Shown one piece after another: positions 22,540 to 33,850 of a stretch of DNA of 64,000 nucleotides. The stretch is from Candidatus Komeilibacteria bacterium S5_K13 (GTDB taxonomy: Bacteria > Patescibacteriota > Patescibacteriia > UBA1558 > S5-K13): assembly GCA_019248485.1 (NCBI GenBank), contig JAEHGL010000002.1, positions 1,324 to 65,323 on the forward strand, in the 5' to 3' direction. Under the pieces are notes generated by a model. That model did not search any database. It saw nothing but the letters and a program-made list of their open reading frames with translations, and was not told the DNA's origin. Position 1 is the first letter of the stretch. Each line of letters begins with the position of its first letter. The position numbers and the translations under genes were made by a program.

Positions 22540-25353
22540 ATGGACAAAAAAATTGTAATAAAGGGCGCAAGAGTTCATAATTTGAAAAATATAAGCGTTG
22601 ATATACCTAGGAACAAATTTACTGTTATAAGTGGATTGTCAGGAAGTGGAAAATCGTCTTTGGCATTTGATACTTTATATGCTGAAAGTCAAAGAAGATA
22701 TATGGAGTCATTGTCTGCTTATTCAAAGCAGTTTTTTGATTTAATGGATAAGCCAGATGTAGACAGTATTGATGGTCTTCCACCTGCAATTTCGATAGGT
22801 CAGGGAATAAATAACAGAAGTCCAAGATCAACACTTGCAACAACGACCGAGATTTATGACTATCTAAGACTTTTGTATGCAAGAGTGGGAGACGTTCATT
22901 GTCCAAAATGCGACGCACTTTTAGGTATTAAGGATTTAAAACAAATTGCAAAAGAAATTGAAACTATATTTGTAAATGATAGTGTGTTTATTTTATCGCC
23001 TATTAGAAGAGAAAATCAAAGAGTGGATTCAAATTTGTTTAAGAAGATCAAAAAAAGCACCTATGAAATATTAAAAATAGGAGACAGCTTTTATCAAATA
23101 GAGGATGCAATAAAATTAGATGAAAGAGAGTATGATAATAAAGATGTTTATTTGCTTATTAATAAATTTAATTTTGAAAAAGATAAATATGATTTAAATT
23201 CTCTTATAGCTGCTATTTCAACTGCGATAGACTATTCAAACGGATTTATGTCTGTTTCTGGAGAAAAAAACAATTTTATAAAATCTTTTAATAATCATCT
23301 GTATTGTGAAAAATGTGATTATTTATTTCCTAATATTGAACCAAGAAATTTTTCATTTAATTCTCCTCATGGCGCTTGTCCTGAGTGCACTGGGCTTGGT
23401 ATGAAATTAAAAATAGACCCAGAGCTTATTATTCCAAATAGCAAGCTAAGTCTATCGGAGGGTGGGATAAGATTGCTTTTCAAAATTTGCGTTAATCAAA
23501 ATATTTATTACAAAATAATAGAGGGATTTAAAAGAGATTTTGGAATTGATTTAGACACTCCTATAAAAAATTTAAACAAAGAAGATTTAGGCTTTGTTTT
23601 GTTTGGAAAATTAGACAAAGAAACGGGCTCAAAAAAAGGTGGAGTAATAGAGTATTTAGAAAAAAAATATAGAGAAACTGATTCTGAATATGTAAAATCA
23701 GAAATAGAAAAGTGCATGAGATCGGATGAATGCACTCTTTGTCATGGAAAAAGACTTAAAAAAGAATCATTGTCTATAAAAATATCAGGAAAAGATATTA
23801 GCGAAATTACAAATTTCAATATTGAAGAAGCTTATAAATTTTTTTCAGTTCTAGGAGATAAGAATAAAACAAGTTTAAACAAAAAGTCATTTATTATAGC
23901 AGAAAAAATTATAAAGGAAGTTATAGCAAGACTAAAATCAATAAATGATATTGGGCTGGGGTATTTATCTCTAAATAGATCAGTAGTGTCTCTCTCTGGT
24001 GGTGAGGCTCAGAGAATTAGACTTGCAACACAAATAAATTCTTCTCTCTCGGGGGTTTTGTATATATTAGATGAACCATCTATTGGTCTTCATCAGAGAG
24101 ATAATGATAGACTTATTAAAACCCTAAAGAAATTAAGAGATTCTGAAAATACAGTTATCGTAATAGAGCATGATAGAGAAACAATTATGTCTGCTGATTA
24201 TATTATTGACGTGGGACCTGGTGCTGGAGAAAATGGTGGAAAGATTATTTTTGCAGGAACGGCATCAGAGATAAAAAAAGATACTAAATCAATAACAGGA
24301 AAATATTTATCAAACAAACTAAATGTTTTGCCACCAAAGAACAAAAGGCTTGGCAGTGGAAAAAATATAGAAATAATAGGAGCTAACGAGTTTAATCTAA
24401 AAAATATTGATGTAAAAATTCCACTTGGGAAATTGGTTTGTATTACCGGGGTTTCAGGAAGTGGAAAGTCTACCCTAATATTTGAAATATTAGGAAAAGC
24501 GCTTGCATATAAATTTACCAGAGCAAAAGATTTGCCAGGAAAGCATAAAAAAATATTAGGTCTTGAGCATATTGATAAAGTAATAAATATTGATCAGTCT
24601 CCAATTGGTCGCACACCAAGATCAAATCCGTCTACTTATACAGGACTTTTTACTTATATTAGAGATTTGTTCGCTTCTCTTCCCGAATCAAAAATGCGCG
24701 GATATAGACTTGGAAAATTTAGTTTTAATGTAAAGGGCGGAAGGTGTGAAACTTGTCAGGGAAATGGACTTGTAAAAATAGAAATGAACTTTTTGCCAGA
24801 TATTTATGTAGAATGTGAAGATTGTCACGGAAAGAGGTATAATTTGGATATACTAGATGTTCACTATAGAGACAAAACAATTGCAGACACGCTTGATATG
24901 ACGGTACTCGAGGCAATGAAATTTTTCTCTGATGTTCCGGCAATTTATAACAAATTAAAGACATTAAATGATGTGGGCTTGTCTTATGTAAAGTTGGGAC
25001 AATCAGCAACAACTCTATCTGGTGGAGAGGCGCAACGTGTAAAGCTAGCAACGGAGTTGTCAAGAAAAGCTAGTGGCAAAACTCTTTATATATTAGACGA
25101 ACCAACGACTGGATTGCATTTTGAAGATATTAAGAAACTTATTGATGTTTTACAAAAGTTGGTTGATAAAGGAAATAGTGTGCTTATAATAGAGCACAAT
25201 CTAGATGTGATAAAATGTGCTGATTGGATAATAGATTTGGGGCCTGAGGGTGGGGATATGGGCGGAGAAATAGTCGCCGTAGGTACGCCAAAAGAAGTTT
25301 CCAGAAATACTAGGTCTTATACGGGGAAATATTTGAAGGAGCTAATTAAATAG
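22540..25353 (+). CDS. uvrA: excinuclease ABC subunit A
   Basis: 937 aa, two ABC ATPase modules (GLSGSGKSSLA, GVSGSGKSTL, LSGGEAQR twice) and zinc-finger cysteines. Confidence 0.95.
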   Translation: MDKKIVIKGARVHNLKNISVDIPRNKFTVISGLSGSGKSSLAFDTLYAESQRRYMESLSAYSKQFFDLMDKPDVDSIDGLPPAISIGQGINNRSPRSTLATTTEIYDYLRLLYARVGDVHCPKCDALLGIKDLKQIAKEIETIFVNDSVFILSPIRRENQRVDSNLFKKIKKSTYEILKIGDSFYQIEDAIKLDEREYDNKDVYLLINKFNFEKDKYDLNSLIAAISTAIDYSNGFMSVSGEKNNFIKSFNNHLYCEKCDYLFPNIEPRNFSFNSPHGACPECTGLGMKLKIDPELIIPNSKLSLSEGGIRLLFKICVNQNIYYKIIEGFKRDFGIDLDTPIKNLNKEDLGFVLFGKLDKETGSKKGGVIEYLEKKYRETDSEYVKSEIEKCMRSDECTLCHGKRLKKESLSIKISGKDISEITNFNIEEAYKFFSVLGDKNKTSLNKKSFIIAEKIIKEVIARLKSINDIGLGYLSLNRSVVSLSGGEAQRIRLATQINSSLSGVLYILDEPSIGLHQRDNDRLIKTLKKLRDSENTVIVIEHDRETIMSADYIIDVGPGAGENGGKIIFAGTASEIKKDTKSITGKYLSNKLNVLPPKNKRLGSGKNIEIIGANEFNLKNIDVKIPLGKLVCITGVSGSGKSTLIFEILGKALAYKFTRAKDLPGKHKKILGLEHIDKVINIDQSPIGRTPRSNPSTYTGLFTYIRDLFASLPESKMRGYRLGKFSFNVKGGRCETCQGNGLVKIEMNFLPDIYVECEDCHGKRYNLDILDVHYRDKTIADTLDMTVLEAMKFFSDVPAIYNKLKTLNDVGLSYVKLGQSATTLSGGEAQRVKLATELSRKASGKTLYILDEPTTGLHFEDIKKLIDVLQKLVDKGNSVLIIEHNLDVIKCADWIIDLGPEGGDMGGEIVAVGTPKEVSRNTRSYTGKYLKELIK

Positions 25354-25374
25354 CTTAATTGATTAATAGTATAA

Positions 25375-26319
25375 TTGCATAATAGAGATATGAGTGAATT
25401 AGAAAAATCAATTTTAAAGACAATTATATACTTTGATATATTTAATTATCCAATGACTGTTTTTGAGATTTGGAAATATTTATATAATTATCAATGCGAA
25501 TTAATTGATGTTGTAAAATGTCTTTCAAATGGTGATAATATAAAAAGATATATTGAAACAAAAGACGGACTGTATTTTCTAAAGGGGAAAAAGGAATTAA
25601 TTTATTCAAGAAAATCAAAAAGAGACAGCAGTATATCTAAAATTCAAATAATCAAAAAGGTTGTTTGTTTTTTAAGATTTATTCCGTTTATAAAAATGAT
25701 AGCAATCTCTGGATCAATAGGGTATTTTAACGCAAAAGAAGATAGCGATATAGATATTTTTATAATTATTAAAGATGGGTATGTTTGGCTTGCAAGATTT
25801 TTTATCACCTTATCTACGCATTTATCTGGAAAGAGAAGGCACGGAAAGAAAATCAAAAATAGAGTATGCTTGAATTTTTATATAAGTGACAATGCAATGG
25901 ATTTAGAATGTTTGGCCTATGAAAACGATATTTGGTTTGCATATTGGCTTTTGACTGTCGTTCCTATATTTGACCTGGGTATTTATGGTGACTTTTATAA
26001 TTCTAATAAATGGGTAAATAAGCTAGCAAAAAATCATATCAAACACGATGTGGCTAAATATTGGAAAGTTAATGACAATATTTTTTCAAAAAATATAAGG
26101 CGTTTTATAGAGCTTTTATTGAATAGTGGGTTTGGTAGACTTTTTAATTCTTTTTTAAAGGGTGTGCAATTATTAAAGATGAAACAAAATAAAAATTCTA
26201 AAATGAACAATGGAGATAATAGTGTTGTAGTAAATGATTTTATGCTTAAATTTCATGAAAATGATATGAGAGCACACTATAATAAAATGTTTTTTGATAG
26301 AATCAAATTTCTATCATAA
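25375..26319 (+). CDS. nucleotidyltransferase-domain protein (Pol beta superfamily)
   Basis: GSIGYFNAKEDSDIDIF matches GS...D.D; true start may be the M at 25390. Confidence 0.45.
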   Translation: MHNRDMSELEKSILKTIIYFDIFNYPMTVFEIWKYLYNYQCELIDVVKCLSNGDNIKRYIETKDGLYFLKGKKELIYSRKSKRDSSISKIQIIKKVVCFLRFIPFIKMIAISGSIGYFNAKEDSDIDIFIIIKDGYVWLARFFITLSTHLSGKRRHGKKIKNRVCLNFYISDNAMDLECLAYENDIWFAYWLLTVVPIFDLGIYGDFYNSNKWVNKLAKNHIKHDVAKYWKVNDNIFSKNIRRFIELLLNSGFGRLFNSFLKGVQLLKMKQNKNSKMNNGDNSVVVNDFMLKFHENDMRAHYNKMFFDRIKFLS

Positions 26320-26334
26320 TAATTATTTATAAAA

Positions 26335-27642
26335 ATGAAAAAACTCATTAATTTTGCTTTGATAATGGAATATGTATTATATGTATTTGTTTTTTTGCTT
26401 CCTTGGCAGACAAGATATATTTTTAATTATCTTAAATTAGGTAACGAGTATTATGAATATGGGAAATTATCAATTTATTTAAGCGAAATAGTTTTAGTAG
26501 TTTTATTTTTGGTATTCGTTATAAATTGGATAATAAATGGTATATCTAAGAGCAGGGTGCGAAAAAGCTTTACCTTCTCTTTTTTGTTCCTTGTAGCCGT
26601 TTCTCTTGGTTGTGTTGTAGCGTATGATAAGCAAATGTTTTCATATAGTATTCTTAGATTATCAGAAGTGATTTTTCTTTTGTTTGTTTTATCTAAAATA
26701 AAGTTTTCTTTTTTTAAAGTCGCAATAAGTTTTGTGGCTAGCACGTTGATTCATGCGATTCTTGGAATTTATCAATTTTTTTCTCAGACTATTTTAGCAA
26801 ATAAATATTTAGGAATTGCAGAGCAAGCATCGAGTAATTTTGGTGTCTCAGTGCTAAAAAATGACGCAGGTCGGTTTTTGCGAGCATATGGAGGAATGTC
26901 ACATCCAAATATATTGGGAGGATTTATTGCTATTGCAGTTTTGTTTTTGTTTATTTTATTTATAAAATATTACTCTAAAACAAAGGGCGTTTTGAGAATA
27001 GTTCTTTATTTAAGTTTGTTTATATTAAGTACGGGTCTTATTTTAACATTTTCAAGAAGCGCTTATTTAGCGTTGTTTATTTCTACAATATTCTTATTAG
27101 TATATTTTATATACAAAAAACAGTTTTATATAATTAAGTCATTTATAATAATATTAATTTTATCTTTTGCTATAAATTTTGCTGTATTTAATGATTTAAT
27201 TATAACAAGAATATTTTCTTCGGATATTTCATATGACGTATCAGGAATAGAAAGGGTAGAATTAAACCAGCAGGCGATAACGGTAATAAAAAATAATCCA
27301 TTATTAGGAATTGGAATTGGAAATTATTTGCCGTATGTTTTTTCAAATGATAGTAATCAATTTGAAGCTTGGCAATATCAACCAGTTCATAATATTTTTC
27401 TTTTACTTTTGTCAGAAACTGGAATATTGGGACTACTTGCGTTTTTGTTGATATTAATATTTTCCTCTATAGAAAAGATAAAAACTAATAATTATTATGA
27501 TTTTATTTTATTTTCGGCGCTTTTATTAATTGTTGTCATTAGTCTATTGGATCATTATTTTATTACGTCTTTTTCAGGAATAATGATAATATTTGTGATC
27601 TTGGGATTAGATGCGGAAAGGGACTTGAATTTTTTAAACTAA
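26335..27642 (+). CDS. O-antigen ligase/polymerase (Wzy_C) family membrane protein
   Basis: ~10 TM helices and an LTFSRSAYLALF motif in a periplasmic loop. Confidence 0.6.
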   Translation: MKKLINFALIMEYVLYVFVFLLPWQTRYIFNYLKLGNEYYEYGKLSIYLSEIVLVVLFLVFVINWIINGISKSRVRKSFTFSFLFLVAVSLGCVVAYDKQMFSYSILRLSEVIFLLFVLSKIKFSFFKVAISFVASTLIHAILGIYQFFSQTILANKYLGIAEQASSNFGVSVLKNDAGRFLRAYGGMSHPNILGGFIAIAVLFLFILFIKYYSKTKGVLRIVLYLSLFILSTGLILTFSRSAYLALFISTIFLLVYFIYKKQFYIIKSFIIILILSFAINFAVFNDLIITRIFSSDISYDVSGIERVELNQQAITVIKNNPLLGIGIGNYLPYVFSNDSNQFEAWQYQPVHNIFLLLLSETGILGLLAFLLILIFSSIEKIKTNNYYDFILFSALLLIVVISLLDHYFITSFSGIMIIFVILGLDAERDLNFLN

Positions 27643-27706
27643 GAGTTATTATTATATTAATAAAATAGTACACTGAAAAATATGGCATAAAAATATAACC
27701 AAAACG

Positions 27707-28123
27707 TTGGTTTCTTTTTTTGTCTTAAAAGGAGGAGAAATGTATACTATCAGCAAAAGAGATGAGGTTCTTTTGCAATTCGCTCTTATAACTAGTGATG
27801 ATAATAAGTGGTATGCAAAGCAATACTATATGAATAATCATGGTTATTATGAGAACCAAGAGTTAACACATAATGATTTGTGTCTCTATTGGACGGAATG
27901 CGGAGCTGCCAACTGGTTTAGGGAGGTGTTTTTAAAGGAGTTACCATTTGTTATGAGTGATGATAACATTTGGTTTGCCAAAGAACACTATGTGAAGTCT
28001 TGTGGTTATCCAAGTGATTATAGCCTTACAATTATGGAGCTCTATAGGTATTGGGCTCTTTGTGGGGCTTCTAAATGGTTTAGAGAAACATATTTGGAGG
28101 AAAAATTGGCAAAAACAGCTTAG
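27707..28123 (+). CDS. hypothetical protein made of two tandem ~55-aa repeats
   Basis: DDNKWYAKQYY...YWTECGAANWFREVFLKELP and DDNIWFAKEHY...YWALCGASKWFRETYLEE; perfect SD. Confidence 0.45.
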   Translation: MVSFFVLKGGEMYTISKRDEVLLQFALITSDDNKWYAKQYYMNNHGYYENQELTHNDLCLYWTECGAANWFREVFLKELPFVMSDDNIWFAKEHYVKSCGYPSDYSLTIMELYRYWALCGASKWFRETYLEEKLAKTA

Positions 28124-28471
28124 CTCATTTTAGCAAAAACAAAATTTAGCAAGGAGGTGCCTGGAAATGCACACAAAAAAGATTATCTAGCGGCTCTGTC
28201 CAAGGAAAATAGGATGGGGCCTTTTGTTTTTGGCAAATTTTTGCTTGTGGATAAGTGGTTTGACAGGTTATTGGCATTGCTGTAAGGTTTTCTATTGCAT
28301 ATGAATAAGTAAGGTCTAACATTGACAATATTTAATATATATGCTATTATATTATGATATCTTTTAATGATATCATTTTTAGTCTAAATAAGCCTATTTA
28401 TGCTAATAAAGGCTTGTTTTATAGGAGGATTCGTATTTATATGCGAATTATCTAACAATTTAACATTTTAT

Positions 28472-29056
28472 ATGTCTAGTAAGCTCAAAAAGTTTAAATT
28501 AAAAAAAATAAAGAGAATTTTTACAAAAATTAGTGACAAATCTAATGTTATTGTACTTATTTTGATGATTTTTTGTTCTATGAACTTTCCACAGCATAGT
28601 ATGGCTCAAAGTACTAGTATTATTAATCAGGAGCTTATTATAAGCACAAATTCTAGTATTGATGTAGAAGAATATACTCTTTCAAATATGGGATCTTTGC
28701 CAAAACTAGAGGAAAAAGAACCCACAAAGACAATTTATGTGTATGCATCAGCATATAACTCATTACCAGGTCAAACAGATGCTTCTCCATGTATTACTGC
28801 AAATGGATTTAACGTTTGTGAACACGGAATTGAAGATACTGTAGCCATGAATAACATTCCAATGGGTACAAAGATTAAGATTCCAGCCCTATATGGCGAT
28901 AGAGTATTTGTAGTAAGAGATAGAATGAATGCAAGATATGGCAATGAAAATATGGATATTTGGATGAAAGACCTCTCAGCTGCAAAGAAATTTGGAAGAA
29001 AATACATTCAGATTGAAATTTATCAAGACTCTAAATTAGCTCAATATAGCAAATAA
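28472..29056 (+). CDS. secreted 3D-domain protein (MltA-like three-Asp domain)
   Basis: Signal peptide, then VAMNNIPMGTKIKIP...VFVVRDRMNARYGNENMDIW. Start chosen at MSSKL; the listed 28400 start is an upstream in-frame extension. Confidence 0.55.
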   Translation: MSSKLKKFKLKKIKRIFTKISDKSNVIVLILMIFCSMNFPQHSMAQSTSIINQELIISTNSSIDVEEYTLSNMGSLPKLEEKEPTKTIYVYASAYNSLPGQTDASPCITANGFNVCEHGIEDTVAMNNIPMGTKIKIPALYGDRVFVVRDRMNARYGNENMDIWMKDLSAAKKFGRKYIQIEIYQDSKLAQYSK

Positions 29057-29104
29057 TTTTATAGAATATATAATAAAAGAGCTCCTCTTATCGGGGGCTT
29101 TTTG

Positions 29105-29284
29105 GTTTATTCTATTGCTTCTTTATCTTTTATTTTATCTTCAAGCTTCTTGATAAGCTTTTTTGTCTTAGTAAGTATGTATTTTTCAGCAATGTATGTT
29201 CCAACAGCAACTCCAATTCCAGTAAAAATACCACTTATTGCCATTCCAATGTATAGGTTTATTGGTTGTATTCCTGTTCCCATA
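29105..29284 (-). CDS. small single-TM protein (~59 aa), below the ORF-track cutoff
   Basis: Minus-strand frame MGTGIQPINLYIGMAISGIFTGIGVAVGTYIAEKYILTKTKKLIKKLEDKIKDKEAIE, preceded directly by a CUAACC-repeat leader. The plus-strand ORF 29102..29317 is judged spurious. Confidence 0.4.
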
Positions 29285-29450
29285 GGGTTAGTAGGGTTAG
29301 TTTTGTTAGGTGGTTAGTTTTGTTAGTAGGGTTATTATAATTAGTGCGTTTGCCTAACTCACTAACTCTTCTAATCGTCTAACCTTATTGTATCAAAAGA
29401 GTATAATTAAACAACTATTCTTGTGTTTTTATGTATGGTAAAATATATGT

Positions 29451-29804
29451 ATGGAAGAAATTTTAAGAAAACACGAATTTAATCTATTTTATCACATATT
29501 CAAAATAGCAATAGGAGTCTTTGGCGCATTCTTGGGTATTGTTTTTGCTCTTACGTTTTTTTATCCGCTTATTATATCATTTTCAAATGATTTTATTGTT
29601 GTATTTTTTGAGCTTTATTTTGTAATATTTTCAGGACTGGCCTTTTATCATTTATTTGCAAATTGTTTTGATAATTATGTTAATTACAAACCGCTTTTTT
29701 ATAAATTTACGGCAAAAGATATTTTTGAGCAGAAAAATTTTCTTTTAAGTTTTTATATTTTTGGGTTGATGCTATTTTTCTTTTTTATAAGGAGCCTTTT
29801 TTAA
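29451..29804 (+). CDS. hypothetical membrane protein
   Basis: 117 aa, 3 hydrophobic segments. Confidence 0.35.
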   Translation: MEEILRKHEFNLFYHIFKIAIGVFGAFLGIVFALTFFYPLIISFSNDFIVVFFELYFVIFSGLAFYHLFANCFDNYVNYKPLFYKFTAKDIFEQKNFLLSFYIFGLMLFFFFIRSLF

Positions 29805-29817
29805 AAGCAATCAAATT

Positions 29818-32517
29818 ATGAAAAAATTTATTATAATAGATGGAAATGCTCTTTTACACAGAGCATGGCATGCACTACCTCCGCTTACTACAAAAAGCGG
29901 AATTCTTATCAATGCGGCATATGGCTTTACCTCAATACTTCTTAAAATTATCAGCGAACACAAACCAGATTATATTTGTTCTACTTTTGATTTAAAAGCC
30001 CCTACCTTCAGGCATGAAAAGTACAAGGCATACAAAGCGCAGAGAGTAAAACAGGCAGATGAATTATATGAACAAATTCCTATTATTAAAGAAGTATTGA
30101 ATGCTTTCACTATTCCTGTTTATGAAAAAAGTGGATTTGAGGCAGATGATGTGATAGGAACAATTGCAAATAAATTGCGAAATGAAAAAGATATTGAAGC
30201 ATTTATTTTGACAGGTGATCTAGACACTCTTCAGTTAGTTGATGAGACAACTAAGATACTTACTTTTAGAAAGGGAATAAACGATGTCGTGATATATGAT
30301 ATAGATGCGATAAAGGAAAGATATGATCTCTTGCCATCTCAAATGATAGATTACAAAGCGCTTCGTGGAGATCCGTCTGATAATATTCCTGGGGTTAAGG
30401 GCGTAGGAGAAAAAACAGCAATAAGCCTAATCAAAGAATTTGGATCTCTTGACGAGCTCTATAAAAAGTTAGATAAGTCAGATCTAAAAGAAAATCTTAA
30501 GGAAAAATTGAGAAGTGAAAAAGAAAATGCATATATGTCGCAGGATCTTTCTATAATAGAGCAAAATGTAGAAATGAATTTTAATCTTGAAAAATGTAGG
30601 TGGGATTATTTGGAAAATAAAAAGGCAAATGAAGATATATTTGATGTATTTCAAAAATATGAGTTTAGAAGTTTAATAGCAAAGATTCCAAAACCGGAGA
30701 TTGATAAAAAAATAGACCCCTTACTCCGAGAAACGAAAAAAGCAACTCGTGATCATGAGTATAAATTGATAAACAATGTATCTGATTTTAATATTTTTTA
30801 TAAGGAGCTTATTAAACACAATGAGATTTGTATTGATACAGAGACAACGGCCATAAACGTTTTTGATGCAAAGCTCCTTGGAATAAGTTTTTGTTTCAAA
30901 GAGGGTGAGGCATATTACGTAAATGCAAAAAGAGAATTTTTAGAAAAACTAAAACCAGTTTTAAAGAAAACAAAAATAATAGGACACAATATTAAGTATG
31001 ATTATAAAATTTTGCGTCTCGCAGGATTTGAAATGGATAATGTTTATTTTGATACTCTCGTTTCCGCTTATTTATTATCTCAGACAGATAGAAGCTTAAA
31101 GCTTGATGATTTGGCTTATAGCGAATTGGGTTATCGTATGCAAGCAATAGAAGAGCTCATTGGAAAAAAAGGCAAAGGACAGCTTTCTATGCAAGATGTG
31201 AATCTTGAAAAAATATCATATTATTCATGTGAAGATGCTGATTATACATTTAGGCTATATAAAAAATATAAGAATGAGCTAACAAAAGAAAAATTTTCAG
31301 ATTTGTTTGATAGAGTAGAAATGCCGCTTGTGAAGGTTTTGTCAGAAATGGAATTAACTGGAATTGAAATTGATGTAGACTTTCTAAAAGAATTTGGCAA
31401 AAATTTAAAAAATAAAATAAACACCCTTACTAAAAAAATATATAAGTGTTGTGATTACGAGTTCAATATTAATTCACCCCTACAACTTAAAGAGGTTTTG
31501 TTTGATAAATTAAGCATTTCTACAAAAGGTCTTAAAAAGGGAAAGACCGGTTTTTCAACTGCTGCACCAGAACTATTGAAAATGCAAGGAATTCATCCTG
31601 TAATTGATATGATAATAGAATATCGTGAGTTGTCTAAGCTCCAATCTACTTATGTAGAATCCCTTATTAGCCAGGTAGATAAAGACAATAGAATTCATAC
31701 TAGTTTTAATCAAGCAGTAACAGCAACAGGACGTTTATCTTCTTCTGATCCTAATCTACAAAATATTCCAATTCGGACAGAGCTTGGTAGAGAAATAAGA
31801 CGTGCTTTTGTAGCAAGAAGAGGATATAGACTTATCTCAGCAGATTATTCTCAGATAGAACTTCGTGTTGTTGCGTCACTTTCAAATGATGAAAAAATGA
31901 TAAAATCATTTAATATGGGAGAAGATATTCATGCTCGTACAGCTGCAGAGATATTTAATAAACAATTAGAAGAGGTTACTAAATCAGAAAGACGTAAGGC
32001 CAAGGAAGTAAATTTTGGGGTAATATATGGACTTGGAGCTCGTGGTTTAGCTCAAAGGACAAAGATGAATCACGCGCAAGCGAAAGAATTTATTGAAAAA
32101 TATTTTGATTTATATAAAAATGTGAAAAGATATCTTGATAAAACAAAGGAATTTGCTCATAAAAATATGTATGTTCAAACTCTTTTTGGGAGGAAGAGGT
32201 ATATTGCTGAAATAAACTCTGGAGTTCAGATGATTCAAGCTGCTGCAGAGAGAGTAGCGATAAATATGCCCGTTCAAGGTACGGCAGCAGATCTTATGAA
32301 AATGGCAATGATAAGAATAGATAGAGAGTTGCCAAAAATCTCACAAGACGCTAAAATGCTTTTACAGGTTCATGATGAGGTTGTCCTCGAGGTTCCAAGT
32401 GGAGATGTTGATAAGGTAAGTGGAAAGATCAAGGAAATAATGGAGGATATTTTTAAGCTCAAGGTTCCTATAAAAGTTGAAGTAAGTTGTGCGAAGAATT
32501 GGGCGGAGAGTAAATAG
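29818..32517 (+). CDS. polA: DNA polymerase I
   Basis: 899 aa with 5'-3' exonuclease, 3'-5' exonuclease-like and polymerase domains (RRxAKxxNFGxxYG, QVHDE). Confidence 0.95.
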   Translation: MKKFIIIDGNALLHRAWHALPPLTTKSGILINAAYGFTSILLKIISEHKPDYICSTFDLKAPTFRHEKYKAYKAQRVKQADELYEQIPIIKEVLNAFTIPVYEKSGFEADDVIGTIANKLRNEKDIEAFILTGDLDTLQLVDETTKILTFRKGINDVVIYDIDAIKERYDLLPSQMIDYKALRGDPSDNIPGVKGVGEKTAISLIKEFGSLDELYKKLDKSDLKENLKEKLRSEKENAYMSQDLSIIEQNVEMNFNLEKCRWDYLENKKANEDIFDVFQKYEFRSLIAKIPKPEIDKKIDPLLRETKKATRDHEYKLINNVSDFNIFYKELIKHNEICIDTETTAINVFDAKLLGISFCFKEGEAYYVNAKREFLEKLKPVLKKTKIIGHNIKYDYKILRLAGFEMDNVYFDTLVSAYLLSQTDRSLKLDDLAYSELGYRMQAIEELIGKKGKGQLSMQDVNLEKISYYSCEDADYTFRLYKKYKNELTKEKFSDLFDRVEMPLVKVLSEMELTGIEIDVDFLKEFGKNLKNKINTLTKKIYKCCDYEFNINSPLQLKEVLFDKLSISTKGLKKGKTGFSTAAPELLKMQGIHPVIDMIIEYRELSKLQSTYVESLISQVDKDNRIHTSFNQAVTATGRLSSSDPNLQNIPIRTELGREIRRAFVARRGYRLISADYSQIELRVVASLSNDEKMIKSFNMGEDIHARTAAEIFNKQLEEVTKSERRKAKEVNFGVIYGLGARGLAQRTKMNHAQAKEFIEKYFDLYKNVKRYLDKTKEFAHKNMYVQTLFGRKRYIAEINSGVQMIQAAAERVAINMPVQGTAADLMKMAMIRIDRELPKISQDAKMLLQVHDEVVLEVPSGDVDKVSGKIKEIMEDIFKLKVPIKVEVSCAKNWAESK

Positions 32518-32552
32518 GGTTAGTTTTTTAGATACATAGTTTTATAGTTTTT

Positions 32553-32585
32553 TAACCCTACTAATCACACTAATCTACTAAAGTT
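32553..32585 (+). promoter_or_regulatory. ACUAAYC-repeat leader abutting the holA start codon
   Basis: aaccctactaatcacactaatctactaaagtt followed by ATG; an inverted gggttag lies at 32515-32521. Confidence 0.4.
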
Positions 32586-33578
32586 ATGTTTTTTTTCTTA
32601 TACGGAGAAGATAGCTATAGTTCAAATGAAAAGTTAAAGCAGATAAAAGAAAAATTTATCCGAGATATCGACGTATCTGGATATAATGTAGTGGTGCTTG
32701 ACGAAAAAATTACTATAGAAAAGCTTTCAAAAGAATTGTGTCAGAGTGGATTTTTGTCTTCCAAAAAATTAGTTGTAATAAAAAATTTATTGGCTTCAAA
32801 GATTACAAAAGATCTAGCCTCTTTTCTAATAGATTTTTTTGATAAAAATAGCTCCAAAGATGCAAATCAAGACGAGGACAATATTGTTGTTTTTTATGAG
32901 AGTAGGTTGCCCCACTCTAGTAAAAATGCTTTAACTGGAGAAAATCTAAAAGTATTTAAGAAGTTAGATGATTTTAAATACAAACAAGAGTTTAAAAAGA
33001 TGACAGATGCCAAAATTGTTGTTTGGATTAAAAGTAAGTTCAAAGAATTAGGCACTGATATATCTGATAAATATGCAAGTGAATTATTGGGACGATCAGG
33101 GTCGGATTTGTATTTATTAGATACTGAAATTCAAAAAATAGTAAATTATTCAAAGGGTAAAGTTGTTGATGAAAAACTTATTAAGGAGTTGATTTTATCA
33201 GGAATTGATGATAATATATTTATTATTTCAGAAAAGATAGCAAAAAAAGATAACAAGGGTGCTCTTAGGCTTATAAAAAATCAAATTGATTCAGGCGAGA
33301 ATGCGCAATATTTACTCACTATGTTTATTAGACAATTTAGAATACTACTTCAAGTAAAATCAGCGGTAGAGGAAGAAAAAATAAGTATTAATAATTTGCC
33401 AAAATATTTATCTATTCATCCATTTGTTGTCAAAAAATCACTGGACTCGGCAAGACTTTATTCGCTTATTGAGTTGAAAGATATATACAAAAAACTATTG
33501 AAATTGGACCTTGCCTCTAAATCTTCAAAATTGGATATTTATACCCTTATTAGCATGTTTTTATTAAACATGAAATAA
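32586..33578 (+). CDS. holA: DNA polymerase III delta subunit
   Basis: N-terminal FFLYGED...KL pattern and a ~330-aa length typical of HolA. Confidence 0.65.
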   Translation: MFFFLYGEDSYSSNEKLKQIKEKFIRDIDVSGYNVVVLDEKITIEKLSKELCQSGFLSSKKLVVIKNLLASKITKDLASFLIDFFDKNSSKDANQDEDNIVVFYESRLPHSSKNALTGENLKVFKKLDDFKYKQEFKKMTDAKIVVWIKSKFKELGTDISDKYASELLGRSGSDLYLLDTEIQKIVNYSKGKVVDEKLIKELILSGIDDNIFIISEKIAKKDNKGALRLIKNQIDSGENAQYLLTMFIRQFRILLQVKSAVEEEKISINNLPKYLSIHPFVVKKSLDSARLYSLIELKDIYKKLLKLDLASKSSKLDIYTLISMFLLNMK

Positions 33579-33603
33579 TTTTTTATAATAAAAAGGAGGA
33601 GGA

Positions 33604-33801
33604 ATGTCAAAAAGCAAAATTGAACTAGAGCATGATTTAAGTCTTATGCATGGTTGTACCCTTGAAGAAATAGGTATCTATTTAGAATTACTAGACGATG
33701 ATTCAAAAGCAATCGCTATGGAGGTTTTAAAGACAATCAATGCAGATGCTTATGCTTATTTTACAAGATCGTGCAAGTCGCAGACCGAATTTGCCAAATA
33801 A
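33604..33801 (+). CDS. small hypothetical protein
   Basis: 65 aa; perfect SD AAGGAGGAGG. Confidence 0.4.
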   Translation: MSKSKIELEHDLSLMHGCTLEEIGIYLELLDDDSKAIAMEVLKTINADAYAYFTRSCKSQTEFAK

Positions 33802-33850
33802 TCAACAAAAAAACTCGCCTAGTTAAATGACTGAGCGAGTTTTTATTTTG